The notes beneath the pieces were generated by a model that was not told the origin of the DNA, searched no databases, and saw nothing but the letters and a program-made list of their open reading frames with translations. A stretch of 63,826 nucleotides of DNA, filler included, from Bradymonadales bacterium (GTDB taxonomy: Bacteria > Bdellovibrionota > UBA2394), in NCBI GenBank assembly GCA_007693605.1. It is 6 parts of 5 records of this genome, joined end to end, with 100 filler letters (N's around TTAATTAATTAA, not from the genome) between each part and the next. Parts side by side here need not be neighbours in the genome. Positions count along the whole stretch, not along the records: positions 23,472 to 51,841 come from REDG01000062.1; 5 more parts are not named here. One strand, written 5' to 3'. Positions within the stretch are counted from its first letter, which is position 1. Every line of letters starts with the position of its first letter. A program made the position numbers and the translations under genes. Shown here piece after piece: positions 23,646-33,268 of this stretch.

Positions 23646-23806
23646 GACTGACTTACAAGCTAACCGCTAATCGCTCAGCCTGGCTAGAGCACAATGCTCT
23701 ATTCTTTTGGATTGCCCTCCGGGCAAAGGCCAGGCAGTGAGCTACTTCCCGGACTGACTTCACGAAATTACTGATAATCGCTCAGCCTGGCTAGAGCACA
23801 ATGCTC
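23625..23806. repeat. Two imperfect tandem units carrying a tRNA-Pro 5' fragment and a 20-nt inverted copy of the D-arm
   Basis: GCTCAGCCTGGCTAGAGCAC at 23673-23692 and 23780-23799 is the exact reverse complement of 23617-23636. TGAGCTACTTCCCGGACTGACTT also occurs twice. Confidence 0.85.
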
Positions 23807-23971
23807 CAATCAACTCAGAGTTTCGGCCTTCGGGCAGGAGCCGGGCGCGTGGGTCCCCTTGATTCAGACTGATTTCGCCCCTAAAGCCAGCTTCAGGCCA
23901 GCTTGCAGCCCCTCTACGGAATCTAAAATCTCATTTGTTTTTTTGTGAATGAATTCGTAGTCTTTTGCGTC

Positions 23972-25507
23972 ATGGCACAGTCAAGCGTCCCGAAAACCGA
24001 AGGTAGCGGTCAACAGGCTCAACTAGAAGCTCGCAAAAAGAAAATGCAAGAGTGGTTGAGTCAGGGGCAGGCGCCTTTTCCAACAGCAGAGTCCTGTCAG
24101 CCCAGAAATCTTGCCTCTGAGCTTCAGGCGCAATACCAAGACGAGACCAAAGAGAGTCTGGAGCAAAAGAAGGCCGCAGGAGAGCTTCCAACTCTGGCCG
24201 TGGCGGGCCGTGTGATGCTTCACCGTAGTTTTGGAAAGTCGAGCTTCTTGACCCTCCAAGATCGCAGCGGCCGAATTCAAGCCTTTGCCCAAAAGACTCA
24301 ACTCCCTGAGCCCGTCTACGAAATGATTAAACATATGGACTTGGGCGATCTGGTCTTTGTTGAAGGCCTTCCCTTTCGTACGAAGACCGGCGAATTGACC
24401 ATCGAGGCGAGTCGCTTTCAACTCCTTACCAAAAGTCTGCGACCCCTGCCTGAAAAATTTCACGGACTCCAAGATATTGAGCAGCGATATCGGCAGCGCT
24501 ATCTAGACTTGATGACGAACGAGACTTCCGTTGCCGTCTTTCGTAAGCGCTCTCAGATTGTTCAAGAAATCAGATCTTTCTTTTCAGAGAGGGATTATCT
24601 TGAAGTAGAAACCCCAATGCTTCACCCCCTGGTGAGCGGAGCGGCGGCAAGACCCTTCGAGACCTTTCATCATACTTTAAAAATGAAGCTCTTTTTGCGA
24701 ATTGCACCTGAACTCTATCTAAAGAGACTGGTGGTTGGAGGTCTTCATCGGGTGTTTGAGCTCAATCGGTGTTTTCGCAATGAGGGAATTTCAATCAAAC
24801 ACAACCCCGAATTTAGTATGCTCGAGTTTTATGAGGCCTTTGCAACCTACGAAGACTTGATGAAGCTCACCGAAGACTTGATCGAGAGGCTTGCGCTAAA
24901 GATTTGCGCGACAAAAGACATCGAGTACCAGGGAGAGAAGATCTCTCTGGCAAAGCCTTTCCGACGCTTGAGTGTGCAAGATGCCATTCGAGAGTTTGCA
25001 AAGATTGATCCCCTAGACTCCCAAAAGTTAGAGAACGCTCTTCGAGCCAGGAAGATAGAGCTCAAGAACAAGCCATCGCTTGCGAGCTTGCAGTGGACTG
25101 TGTTCGAAGAGATGGTTGAAGACCAATTGATTCAGCCCACTTTTGTGGTCGATCATCCCATTGAAATTTCCCCACTGGCCAGGCGGTCTGAAACAAGACC
25201 TGAGGTTGCTGAGCGGTTTGAGCTCTATATTGCGGGCAGAGAGATTGCGAACGGGTTTAACGAGTTGAACGATCCTGAGGATCAGAGGTTAAGATTCGAA
25301 GATCAATTGAAAAGGAAGGCAGAGGGAGACCAAGAGGCGACGGACTTCGATGAAGATTATCTCGAAGCTCTCGAATACGGCTTGCCCCCCACGGCCGGAG
25401 AAGGAATTGGAATTGATCGACTCACGATGTTGTTGACGAACTCGGCGAGCATTCGAGATGTCATTCTTTTCCCACAGATGCGCAGTCTTCATGAGGAGAG
25501 AGATTGA
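23972..25507 (+). CDS. lysS: Lysine--tRNA ligase (class II)
   Basis: LRPLPEKFHGL...RYRQRYLDL...EVETPML...LRIAPELYLKRL...FRNEGIS...YGLPPTAGEGIGIDRL. Alternative GTG start at 23945. Confidence 0.97.
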   Translation: MAQSSVPKTEGSGQQAQLEARKKKMQEWLSQGQAPFPTAESCQPRNLASELQAQYQDETKESLEQKKAAGELPTLAVAGRVMLHRSFGKSSFLTLQDRSGRIQAFAQKTQLPEPVYEMIKHMDLGDLVFVEGLPFRTKTGELTIEASRFQLLTKSLRPLPEKFHGLQDIEQRYRQRYLDLMTNETSVAVFRKRSQIVQEIRSFFSERDYLEVETPMLHPLVSGAAARPFETFHHTLKMKLFLRIAPELYLKRLVVGGLHRVFELNRCFRNEGISIKHNPEFSMLEFYEAFATYEDLMKLTEDLIERLALKICATKDIEYQGEKISLAKPFRRLSVQDAIREFAKIDPLDSQKLENALRARKIELKNKPSLASLQWTVFEEMVEDQLIQPTFVVDHPIEISPLARRSETRPEVAERFELYIAGREIANGFNELNDPEDQRLRFEDQLKRKAEGDQEATDFDEDYLEALEYGLPPTAGEGIGIDRLTMLLTNSASIRDVILFPQMRSLHEERD

Positions 25508-26718
25508 ATCTAGAGCTCTTTCTTGCGAGAAAGTATCTCAGTTCAAAAGGGGGTCGCGGCTTGAGTGTGATCACCTGGATCGCTCTGATCGGTGTGATGG
25601 TGGGTGTCATGAGTCTGATCACGGTTTTGAGCGTGATGAGCGGCTTCGAAAGAGAGCTCAGAGAAAAAATGTTGGGCAATCAAGCTCACATCAATATTCA
25701 GTTGCGCTCCTCTCTGCTGGGAGGGCGATTGACTCCTAAACAGGTTCTAGAGGACCTTAAAAGCCACCCAGACTTGAAGTCTGCCATGCCAGTGGTTTAC
25801 GGTGAGGCCTTTTTGTTGAGTTCGTCGGGAGCCTCTGAGGGCGTGGCCATTCGAGGCGTGCCAGTTGATTTGGTCCGAGAGGTTTTAGATCTAGAGAGTT
25901 TTGTTGTTCACGGTCATTGGGAAGATTTTCGCGAAGGAGGGCTCATTTTAGGGGAAGGCTTAAGTCGAGCTTTAGGAGTTGAGCCCGGTATGTCGATCAC
26001 CCTTCTGCTCAACAGGGCAGAGTACACGCCTATGGGAATTGTGCCCAAAATGAGACGCCTCTCGATCGCAGACTCCTTTTCTTCGGGCCTTTCTCAGTTC
26101 GATGCTCGTACGGCCTATCTTTCTCTCGATGCAGCCGAGAGGCTCTTTGAGAGAAAGGCTCAATCTGTGGAGCTGCGAGTGAGGGATGTGAGAAGAATCG
26201 AGGCCGTCAAAGAAGAACTCTCGCTTCGCTATGCCGAGGACGCCAGGGTCACGGATTGGTTGTCTCAAAATCAAGGCATCTTATCAGCACTTCGCTTAGA
26301 GAAGATTGTGATGGGCATTATCTTGGGCCTGATCATTCTGGTGGCAGCGTTCAATATCTGCGGCTCACTCATCATGATTGTTCGTGATAAAACCAGAGAC
26401 ATCGCCATTCTGAAGAGTATGGGATGCGGGTATTCGATGATTCAAAAGATATTTTTTTTGCAGGGAATTTTTATTGGACTGAGTGGAACGGTCGTTGGGG
26501 TGCTTTTGGGTCTTGCGGCGAGTTGGATTTTAAAGCATTGGATTCGGTTCCCTCTCGATCCGACAGTCTATATGATTAGCCAAGTTCCGGTGGATACTCG
26601 CTATGGAGATGTCCTTCTTGTGATTTTTGGCGCCTTGGTCATCAGCGCCATTGCAACTTACTATCCCGCTAGATTGGCGGCGAAACTGGAACCCACTCGG
26701 GGATTGAAGTACGAATGA
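25504..26718 (+). CDS. lolE: Lipoprotein-releasing ABC permease LolC/E
   Basis: LFLARKYL...VLSVMSGFE...ALRLEK...VAAFNI...KTRDIAILKSMG...YPARLAAKLEP. Confidence 0.9.
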   Translation: MNLELFLARKYLSSKGGRGLSVITWIALIGVMVGVMSLITVLSVMSGFERELREKMLGNQAHINIQLRSSLLGGRLTPKQVLEDLKSHPDLKSAMPVVYGEAFLLSSSGASEGVAIRGVPVDLVREVLDLESFVVHGHWEDFREGGLILGEGLSRALGVEPGMSITLLLNRAEYTPMGIVPKMRRLSIADSFSSGLSQFDARTAYLSLDAAERLFERKAQSVELRVRDVRRIEAVKEELSLRYAEDARVTDWLSQNQGILSALRLEKIVMGIILGLIILVAAFNICGSLIMIVRDKTRDIAILKSMGCGYSMIQKIFFLQGIFIGLSGTVVGVLLGLAASWILKHWIRFPLDPTVYMISQVPVDTRYGDVLLVIFGALVISAIATYYPARLAAKLEPTRGLKYE

Positions 26719-27386
26719 GCGCGCTCTTAGAAGTCACAGAACTGAGTAAAAGCTACCAAACTCCTTACTCGAGGGTTTCGGTTCTAGAATCTCTGAGCTT
26801 TCAGCTTCGATCTGCAGAAAAGCTTGCGGTTGTGGGAACTAGTGGGGTCGGAAAGTCGACCCTCCTTCATTGTTTAGGGCTCTTAGATCGCCCAGATTCG
26901 GGAAGAATCATTTTTCAGGGGCACGATGTTGCAGAGCTGACCGAAGATCAGCGGGTGGAACTTCGGCACTTCAAGGTCGGATTCATTTTTCAGTTTCATT
27001 ATCTGATTGCAGAACTGACGGCTGTTGAAAATGTCATGCTTCCCCTCTTGATTCGGGCAGAGAGCCGCTCCTTTGCTCATCAGCAGGCCGAGAAGTTCTT
27101 AGAGGCCGTCAATCTATCGCATCGACTCTCTCACCGGCCAGGCGAGTTGTCTGGGGGTGAGCAACAAAGGGTGGCCATTGCGAGAGCTCTGGTGCATCAA
27201 CCCGAGTTGATCTTAGCAGACGAGCCCACAGGCAATCTCGACCCCGAGACGGCAACACAAGTGTTTGATCTTTTGGTCACACGCTGTCATGAATTAGAGG
27301 CGGGTTTGGTGATGGCTACCCACAACCATGATTTGGCGAGCAAGCTCGATCGAGTCATGACCATGAAGCAAGGAAAGCTGTGTTAA
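26715..27386 (+). CDS. lolD: Lipoprotein-releasing ABC ATPase LolD
   Basis: GTSGVGKST, GFIFQFHYL, LSGGEQQRVAIARAL, ADEPTGNLD. Confidence 0.92.
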   Translation: MSALLEVTELSKSYQTPYSRVSVLESLSFQLRSAEKLAVVGTSGVGKSTLLHCLGLLDRPDSGRIIFQGHDVAELTEDQRVELRHFKVGFIFQFHYLIAELTAVENVMLPLLIRAESRSFAHQQAEKFLEAVNLSHRLSHRPGELSGGEQQRVAIARALVHQPELILADEPTGNLDPETATQVFDLLVTRCHELEAGLVMATHNHDLASKLDRVMTMKQGKLC

Positions 27387-29707
27387 GAAGTCTTTTATTT
27401 GGAATTTGTCTATGCTTGTGGAGCTCTTTGGTTTGGGCGCAAGAGGTCAGAGAGATCGAGGTGCGCGGAAATCAACGCTTAGGGGATCAGGCGGTGCTTC
27501 AGTATATTGGCAGTCAGGTGGGCGTTGAGCTCTCTCGAACTCAGGTCCGGGATGATTTACGGGCCCTTTTCAATACGGGCTTGTTTGCAGATGTTCGAAT
27601 CGATGTGGAGTCGACGACTGGCGGAGTTCGCCTGGTGGTGGTCGTTGAAGAGCGAGACTATATTCAAGAGATTGCTTTCGACGGGAATGAAGGGATTTCT
27701 GATGAGGACCTTCGTAAGGCGGCCGATCTTCGCTTGCCCCTTCTTTGGGACGAAGTGACGGTTCGACAGGCAGCAGATAGGCTGAGGCGACTGTATCGCG
27801 ACAAGGGCTTTTACTTGGTGACTTTGCGCTCTCAGGTCGAACAAGAGGGCAGTCGAAGGCGGCTAGTCTTCTTTATTGACGAGGGAACTCGTGTACAGGT
27901 TCGAAGGATCTACTTTCAGGGAAATGAGTTTCTAGTTGATGAGCGGCTCCGCGATGCGATGATCACCAAAGAGGGCGGTTTCTGGCAGGGAATCTCTCGT
28001 CGTGGACACTTTGATGAAGACCTTTTAGTTCAAGTCGATACCCGTCGAATTCAGTTGGAGTATTTGCGGCGTGGTTTTGCCTTTGTTCGAGTGGAGCCCC
28101 CTTCGATTAGTTTTACTCCCGACCGATCTTCGGTGATCGCAAGCTATCAGATCACCGAAGGCCAAAGATATCGCATTGGTCGGATTAGCTTTTCCGGAGA
28201 CTTAGATTTCATCGGGGACCCAGAGAAGTTGCGTCGAGACCTTTCAACAGAGACCGGAAAATGGTGGAACATCTTAGCGATTCAGGAAGATATCCAGAAG
28301 ATACAGGATATCTATGGCAATGAGGGCTTTGCTTACGCGAATGTGAGCCCAACCTGGGACATTGATGCAGAAGATGATGAACTCTTGAATATCGACTTTC
28401 GAGTGGATAAGGGCAGCATTGTTCACTTCGGTAGAGTGGAGATCGTGGGCAACCTAGAGACCTTAGATCGTGTGATTCGACGGGAGCTAGAATTTGCCGA
28501 AGGCGAGCTCTTTCATATTGGGAGGTTTCGAAGATCGAGAGAGAACCTGATGCGCTTGGGCTACTTCTCAGATGTGAACTTCACTCAAAGAGATCGCCTG
28601 GCAGATCAGAAAATGGATATTAGCATCGAAGTTCAAGAGCAGAGCACGGGGAGCCTAACGGTCGGGGCGAGCTTTTCTTCATTTGACAGCTTTGGATTTC
28701 AGGGTAGCGCTTCGAAGGTGAATCTGTTTGGTCGAGGTTACGATATTAGTGCGTCGGCAAGCATTTCCTCCAGACGACAGCTTTTTTCAGCCTTCTTCCG
28801 CAACCCTCGAGTCTATGATTCCCGATTTTCGCTGACCACGCAGGCCTTTAGAACGGAGATTCAGTCTCTTGATGAGACTCGTATTCGGGAGTGGGGGGGC
28901 TCTGTTGGGGTCGGCTATCCACTTTCAAGAGATTGGCGAGTGGGGGGAACTTATGGATTCAGAAAAATCGGAATCAACATCCGAGATACGATTAAGAAGT
29001 TCTATCCAGACTCGTTTGGGTTTAATTCTTCTCTGGCATTCTCGATCTCGCGAGATACTTTGAATGTGCGCGAGATCTTCTTGCCGACCTCCGGCAGTTT
29101 GAACGAGCTCTCCGCCACTGTGGCGAGCCGGTATTTGGGTAGCCAATTGTCCTATGTTCAATTGAACTATACCGGAAAGAAGTACTGGCAGGTGTTTGAT
29201 CCTGAGATGCCGCTTGTGGGCGGCAGTGTCTTAAGTGCCGGCCTTCGTTTGGATTATATTCGGGGGATTGAGGGACGATCGACCCCATTCAACGAACGAT
29301 TTGTGCCTGGCGGAATCATGTCGATTCGGGGGCATCCCTTTAGAACGCTTGGCCCCTGCCGACCGGTCGCCTTTTCATCAACGGGTCGTCGCAGTGATGA
29401 TGGCGAGTACGGCCTGGGCTTTGTTGAAGACCTTTGTCTCGGAGGAAACAAGCAGGTTGTCTTTAATGTGGAGTATCTGTTCGATCTGTTTGCAGAGGCC
29501 AGAATCAAGGGGGTCTTGTTTTTCGATATTGGAAACACCTTTCCAGAAGGGGACTATGACTTTCTGCGCCTTAGAAAGAGCGCTGGCTTTGGCTTTAGGT
29601 GGTTTTCGCCCTTTGGCCCCCTCCGCTTTGAGTGGGGAATCCCCCTCGATCGCAAGCCTGGCGAGGATAGCCTCTTATTCGACTTTTCAATTGGGGCCCC
29701 TTTTTAG
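27380..29707 (+). CDS. bamA: Outer membrane protein assembly factor BamA
   Basis: Signal peptide, POTRA repeats (IEVRGNQR, VIRREL), C-terminal SAGFGFRWFSPFGPLRFEWG...FSIG. Confidence 0.95.
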   Translation: MLRSLLFGICLCLWSSLVWAQEVREIEVRGNQRLGDQAVLQYIGSQVGVELSRTQVRDDLRALFNTGLFADVRIDVESTTGGVRLVVVVEERDYIQEIAFDGNEGISDEDLRKAADLRLPLLWDEVTVRQAADRLRRLYRDKGFYLVTLRSQVEQEGSRRRLVFFIDEGTRVQVRRIYFQGNEFLVDERLRDAMITKEGGFWQGISRRGHFDEDLLVQVDTRRIQLEYLRRGFAFVRVEPPSISFTPDRSSVIASYQITEGQRYRIGRISFSGDLDFIGDPEKLRRDLSTETGKWWNILAIQEDIQKIQDIYGNEGFAYANVSPTWDIDAEDDELLNIDFRVDKGSIVHFGRVEIVGNLETLDRVIRRELEFAEGELFHIGRFRRSRENLMRLGYFSDVNFTQRDRLADQKMDISIEVQEQSTGSLTVGASFSSFDSFGFQGSASKVNLFGRGYDISASASISSRRQLFSAFFRNPRVYDSRFSLTTQAFRTEIQSLDETRIREWGGSVGVGYPLSRDWRVGGTYGFRKIGINIRDTIKKFYPDSFGFNSSLAFSISRDTLNVREIFLPTSGSLNELSATVASRYLGSQLSYVQLNYTGKKYWQVFDPEMPLVGGSVLSAGLRLDYIRGIEGRSTPFNERFVPGGIMSIRGHPFRTLGPCRPVAFSSTGRRSDDGEYGLGFVEDLCLGGNKQVVFNVEYLFDLFAEARIKGVLFFDIGNTFPEGDYDFLRLRKSAGFGFRWFSPFGPLRFEWGIPLDRKPGEDSLLFDFSIGAPF

Positions 29708-29746
29708 TAGGCTGATCCGAAACTTAGCCGAAGAGGAGTATTACGA

Positions 29747-30397
29747 ATGAAATCTTTCGCTGTCTTTTTAATCGCGGGAATGGCCTTTGCAGGGCAACTT
29801 TTTTATCAAACCGAAGCTTCGCGGGTATCAGCTGATGAAGCCTCTGGCCCGTCCATTATGCTGGTTGACTTTCAAAAAGCTTTGAATGAAGTGGCTCAAG
29901 GAAAGAAGGCGATGCAGGAGCTTGAGGCGGAGAGCAAGACCAGACGAGAGGCGCTTTCAAAGGCTGAAGAAGAGCTGGAAAAACTGCGGGCCGAGCTCGA
30001 GAAGTTGGCTGAGGAGCTGCAAAACTTTCAGCGAAATGCAGCTGCCGGGGCCTTGTCTGATGAGGCGAGAGGGCGAGCACAACGGAGGCAGCAAGAGTTT
30101 ATGGAGAAGCAGATGCTGTTTCAGCAGAGGCTTGAAGCTTACGGAAGGGCAGAGCAGGAGGCTCAAGAGGTTCTTCGCCAAAAGGAATTTCAAGCGCGAA
30201 CCGAGATTGTGAGTCGACTGAGGAGTTTGGTCAGCGAAATGGGTCGGAAGAAAGACAATGTTCTAATTCTCGAGACGAATGAAAGCGGCTTCTTGTTTGC
30301 ATCGAGTTTTGTGGATATTACAGATCAGGTGATTCAGGAGTATGATAAGCGCCACAAGGTAGAAAGCGCGGGCTCTTCGAGAAGAAGGGGCCGATAG
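29747..30397 (+). CDS. skp: Skp/OmpH periplasmic chaperone
   Basis: LVDFQKALNEVAQGKKA...VDITDQVIQEYD; coiled coil; follows bamA. Confidence 0.85.
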   Translation: MKSFAVFLIAGMAFAGQLFYQTEASRVSADEASGPSIMLVDFQKALNEVAQGKKAMQELEAESKTRREALSKAEEELEKLRAELEKLAEELQNFQRNAAAGALSDEARGRAQRRQQEFMEKQMLFQQRLEAYGRAEQEAQEVLRQKEFQARTEIVSRLRSLVSEMGRKKDNVLILETNESGFLFASSFVDITDQVIQEYDKRHKVESAGSSRRRGR

Positions 30398-30482
30398 ATT
30401 TGTAGTTGAAGCGAAGCTCTCGGATTGGAGTGGCTCAAGAATGGGTCGTCGTCTTTGGGCTTTCATTGAAAGTGAGGTTGAA

Positions 30483-30605
30483 ATGGGCAGAGGTGATAAT
30501 CGTAGAACGCCAAAGGCGAGGCAACGGGCCGGTCAGCGACGGAAAAAGGCTCGACTGAAGGCCAAGGCGGAGCAAAAGAAGAGCACCAGGAAGTCTTCGA
30601 AGTAA
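30483..30605 (+). CDS. 40-aa highly basic small protein
   Basis: Manual translation MGRGDNRRTPKARQRAGQRRKKARLKAKAEQKKSTRKSSK*; RBS GAGGT; not in the ORF track. Confidence 0.6.
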   Translation: MGRGDNRRTPKARQRAGQRRKKARLKAKAEQKKSTRKSSK

Positions 30606-30614
30606 AAGTTTTGT

Positions 30615-32267
30615 TTGGTGGAACTCGGGACTCAATCTGACTTTCTGCAGATCTCCTTGGTTCTTGGCGCAGCCACGCTTTTCGGTTTCGCCGCCAAGCT
30701 TCTTCATCAGCCTCTCATTATTGCGCTGCTTTTGGCAGGAGTCTTGGTCGGGCCCGCAGCCTTTTCAATCGTAGAGATTGACGCCAGCTTTGAGTTTCTC
30801 GCACAACTAGGAATTTCCCTTCTTCTGTTTCTTGTCGGCCTAAGGCTAGACATTCAACTCATTCGTCATATGGGGCCGGTGGCGGTGGCGACGGGCCTCG
30901 GTCAGGTTTTCTTTACATCATTCTTTGGCTTCTTGATTGCCATTGGTTTTGGCATGGATGTGGTCAGCTCCTTGTATGTTGCCATTGCGCTGACCTTTTC
31001 CAGCACGATCATCATTGTGAAACTCCTGTCCGACAAAAAAGAGATCGATAGTCTCCATGGGCAAATCGCCGTGGGCTTTCTGATTGTGCAAGATCTTGTG
31101 GTCGTGATCATGATGATCATTCTTAGCTCGATGGCCTATGCCGGAGATTCTGAAGGGGGTGCGCTGGGCTGGCTTATTTTGCGGGGCTTTGGATTTTTGG
31201 CGAGTCTTTATTTTGTTGCCCGTTATATTTTACCCCGGCTTTTACCGTTGATGTCTGGGTCAAGGGAGTTGTTGGTTTTGTTTTCAATCTCTTGGGCGGC
31301 CGTTCTGGCCGCGACAGCTCAGTCGATTGGCTTAAGCAAAGAGGTGGGGGCTTTCGTTGCAGGCATCAGTTTGGCCTCATTGCCTTTTCGAGACGCCATG
31401 GGAAGTCGACTGGTTTCCATTCGAGATTTCTTGTTGATCTTTTTCTTCGTCTCTTTGGGAGCGCAACTTGATTTTGCCACCTTGGGTGCCCGAGTTCTTG
31501 AGGCGAGCGTCTTTTCGATATTTGTTTTGGTGGGCAATCCTCTGATTGTGATCGTGATTATGGCCTATATGGGCTACCGAGCGAGAACTGGATTTTTAGC
31601 GGGTCTGACCGTGGCACAGATTTCAGAGTTCTCATTGATATTTGCAGCCCTTGGCCTCAGTCTTGGCCATATTGACCGAGAGATCCTAGGTTTGATCACC
31701 CTAGTGGGGGTGATCACGATTGGGGCCTCCACCTATATGATCACTTATTCACATTTCCTCTACGCTCAGCTTTCGGGTTTTTTGAAGATGTTTGAGCGAC
31801 GCGATCCTAAAAAGTCGAGGGAAGCTGAAGCGGACAGTCCTCGAAGGGGAAGTGGGCCTCAAGTGCTTGTCTTTGGGTTGGGTCGATTGGGTCTCCGAAT
31901 TGCAGAGGGCTTTCAGCGCGCTTCTATCTCAGTTCTAGGCATCGACTTTGACCCTCAGGCGATAAAGAGCGCGCGGGCCAAGAAGGTGAAGTCTCTGTAT
32001 GGAGATGCGGAAGATCCAGAGTTTTTGAGTGAGCTTCCGTTGGGGGCTGTGGAGTGGGTGATCTGTTGCGTGTCGGATCTAGAGGCCGAGAGAATTTTGA
32101 TCGACGGACTACAGGAGCTACAGTTTGAAGGCAAGTTGGCGGTGGTTTCGCTGAAGGACAGCTCTGAGGTGCATATGAAGAAGTCGCGAGTAGACTGGTG
32201 GCTGAAACCCACCGAACTGGCAGCTGAAAGGGTCGTGGAAAAAGTCAGTCAAGACCTGCCGCAGTAA
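30615..32267 (+). CDS. CPA2/Kef-type cation:proton antiporter with TrkA-N domain
   Basis: LLLFLVGLRLD, FSSTIIIVKLL, LIVQDL, AQISEFSLI, and GLGRLG nucleotide-binding motif. Confidence 0.9.
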   Translation: MVELGTQSDFLQISLVLGAATLFGFAAKLLHQPLIIALLLAGVLVGPAAFSIVEIDASFEFLAQLGISLLLFLVGLRLDIQLIRHMGPVAVATGLGQVFFTSFFGFLIAIGFGMDVVSSLYVAIALTFSSTIIIVKLLSDKKEIDSLHGQIAVGFLIVQDLVVVIMMIILSSMAYAGDSEGGALGWLILRGFGFLASLYFVARYILPRLLPLMSGSRELLVLFSISWAAVLAATAQSIGLSKEVGAFVAGISLASLPFRDAMGSRLVSIRDFLLIFFFVSLGAQLDFATLGARVLEASVFSIFVLVGNPLIVIVIMAYMGYRARTGFLAGLTVAQISEFSLIFAALGLSLGHIDREILGLITLVGVITIGASTYMITYSHFLYAQLSGFLKMFERRDPKKSREAEADSPRRGSGPQVLVFGLGRLGLRIAEGFQRASISVLGIDFDPQAIKSARAKKVKSLYGDAEDPEFLSELPLGAVEWVICCVSDLEAERILIDGLQELQFEGKLAVVSLKDSSEVHMKKSRVDWWLKPTELAAERVVEKVSQDLPQ

Positions 32268-32293
32268 AAAACTCCATTTAAATCAGGCAGAGC

Positions 32294-33268
32294 CTAGGAG
32301 CTGAGCTGTAGATTGGCTACAGGCTTTTCTCGCTTGGAGCTTACCGGCCTTACAACACTCTCGACTCGATTTCGACCAGCCTTCTTAGCCAGGTAGAGGG
32401 CTCGGTCAGCGGCTGCCACCAGTCGATCGGCCGTTTCTCTGCGAGTCGGATGAAAGTCTGACACTCCAATCGAGAGGCTGACGCAAACTTCTCCGTTCTC
32501 AAAGGTGATGGGCTCAGAGACCACTGCCTGTCGAATTCTCTCGCAAAGAGACATGGCGTCTTGAAGCTCTGTGTCCGGAAAGATGATTAAAAACTCATCG
32601 CCAGCGTATCGGCCCACAAAGTCCACAGTTCGAACTGTTTCATTCAAAATTTTTGCGACCTTCTTAAGTGTGGCATCGCCCCCGGGGTGTCCGAACTCGT
32701 CGTTAATCTGTTTGAAAAAATCGACATCAATGATGCAAACCGAGAGGGGCTTTGAGTATCTTTCTGCCCGCTTGATCTCAGTATCTAGCTGGCTCTTCAA
32801 AAAGCGGTAGTTGTAGGCACCCGTCATCTCATCGGTGAATGTTAGTCTCTGAAGGCGGTCATTCGCCTTTCGCAGCTCGTGAATCAGAAACTGATTGGTC
32901 TCTAAAAGTTTGTGCTTAGACTCCGCCTCTCGAATGACACTCGGAAGTCGATCGAGATAAACGAGTTTTGTATCCTTTACGACATAGTCGTAAGCCCCCA
33001 GTTTCATCGCTTCACTGGCGATGACTTCATTTCCGTGACCTGTCATAAAGATCACGGGGGCTTTCACCGATTTTTCTTTAAGCAGTCTCAGCACTTCAAT
33101 GCCGTTTTTCACGGGCATATGATAGTCCAGAAGAACAAAGTTATAGTCATCAGGGTTTGACAAGTTTTCAACTCGATCAATGTGATCGACCGCCCAGCCT
33201 TCTTGCTTCAATCGATTGGCGGCTAGTTCAGCGTGGTGAGCGTTGTCGTCGATAATGAGTATTTTCAT
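32294..33268 (-). CDS. Response regulator diguanylate cyclase (REC-GGDEF)
   Basis: ILIIDD...LLDYHMP...AYDYVVK; TDEMTG...DVDFFKQINDEFGHPGGD...RTVDFVGRYAGDEF. Confidence 0.92.
   Translation of the reverse strand: MKILIIDDNAHHAELAANRLKQEGWAVDHIDRVENLSNPDDYNFVLLDYHMPVKNGIEVLRLLKEKSVKAPVIFMTGHGNEVIASEAMKLGAYDYVVKDTKLVYLDRLPSVIREAESKHKLLETNQFLIHELRKANDRLQRLTFTDEMTGAYNYRFLKSQLDTEIKRAERYSKPLSVCIIDVDFFKQINDEFGHPGGDATLKKVAKILNETVRTVDFVGRYAGDEFLIIFPDTELQDAMSLCERIRQAVVSEPITFENGEVCVSLSIGVSDFHPTRRETADRLVAAADRALYLAKKAGRNRVESVVRPVSSKREKPVANLQLSS

Noticed and set aside
23625..23806. Repeat-spacer-repeat pattern as a mini CRISPR array
   Set aside because: There are only two units, the repeats derive from the adjacent tRNA, and there are no cas genes.
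30398..30614. Absence of lpxD-fabZ-lpxA after skp as a sign of lost lipid A synthesis
   Set aside because: These genes may lie elsewhere in a fragmented genome; this cannot be judged from the window.
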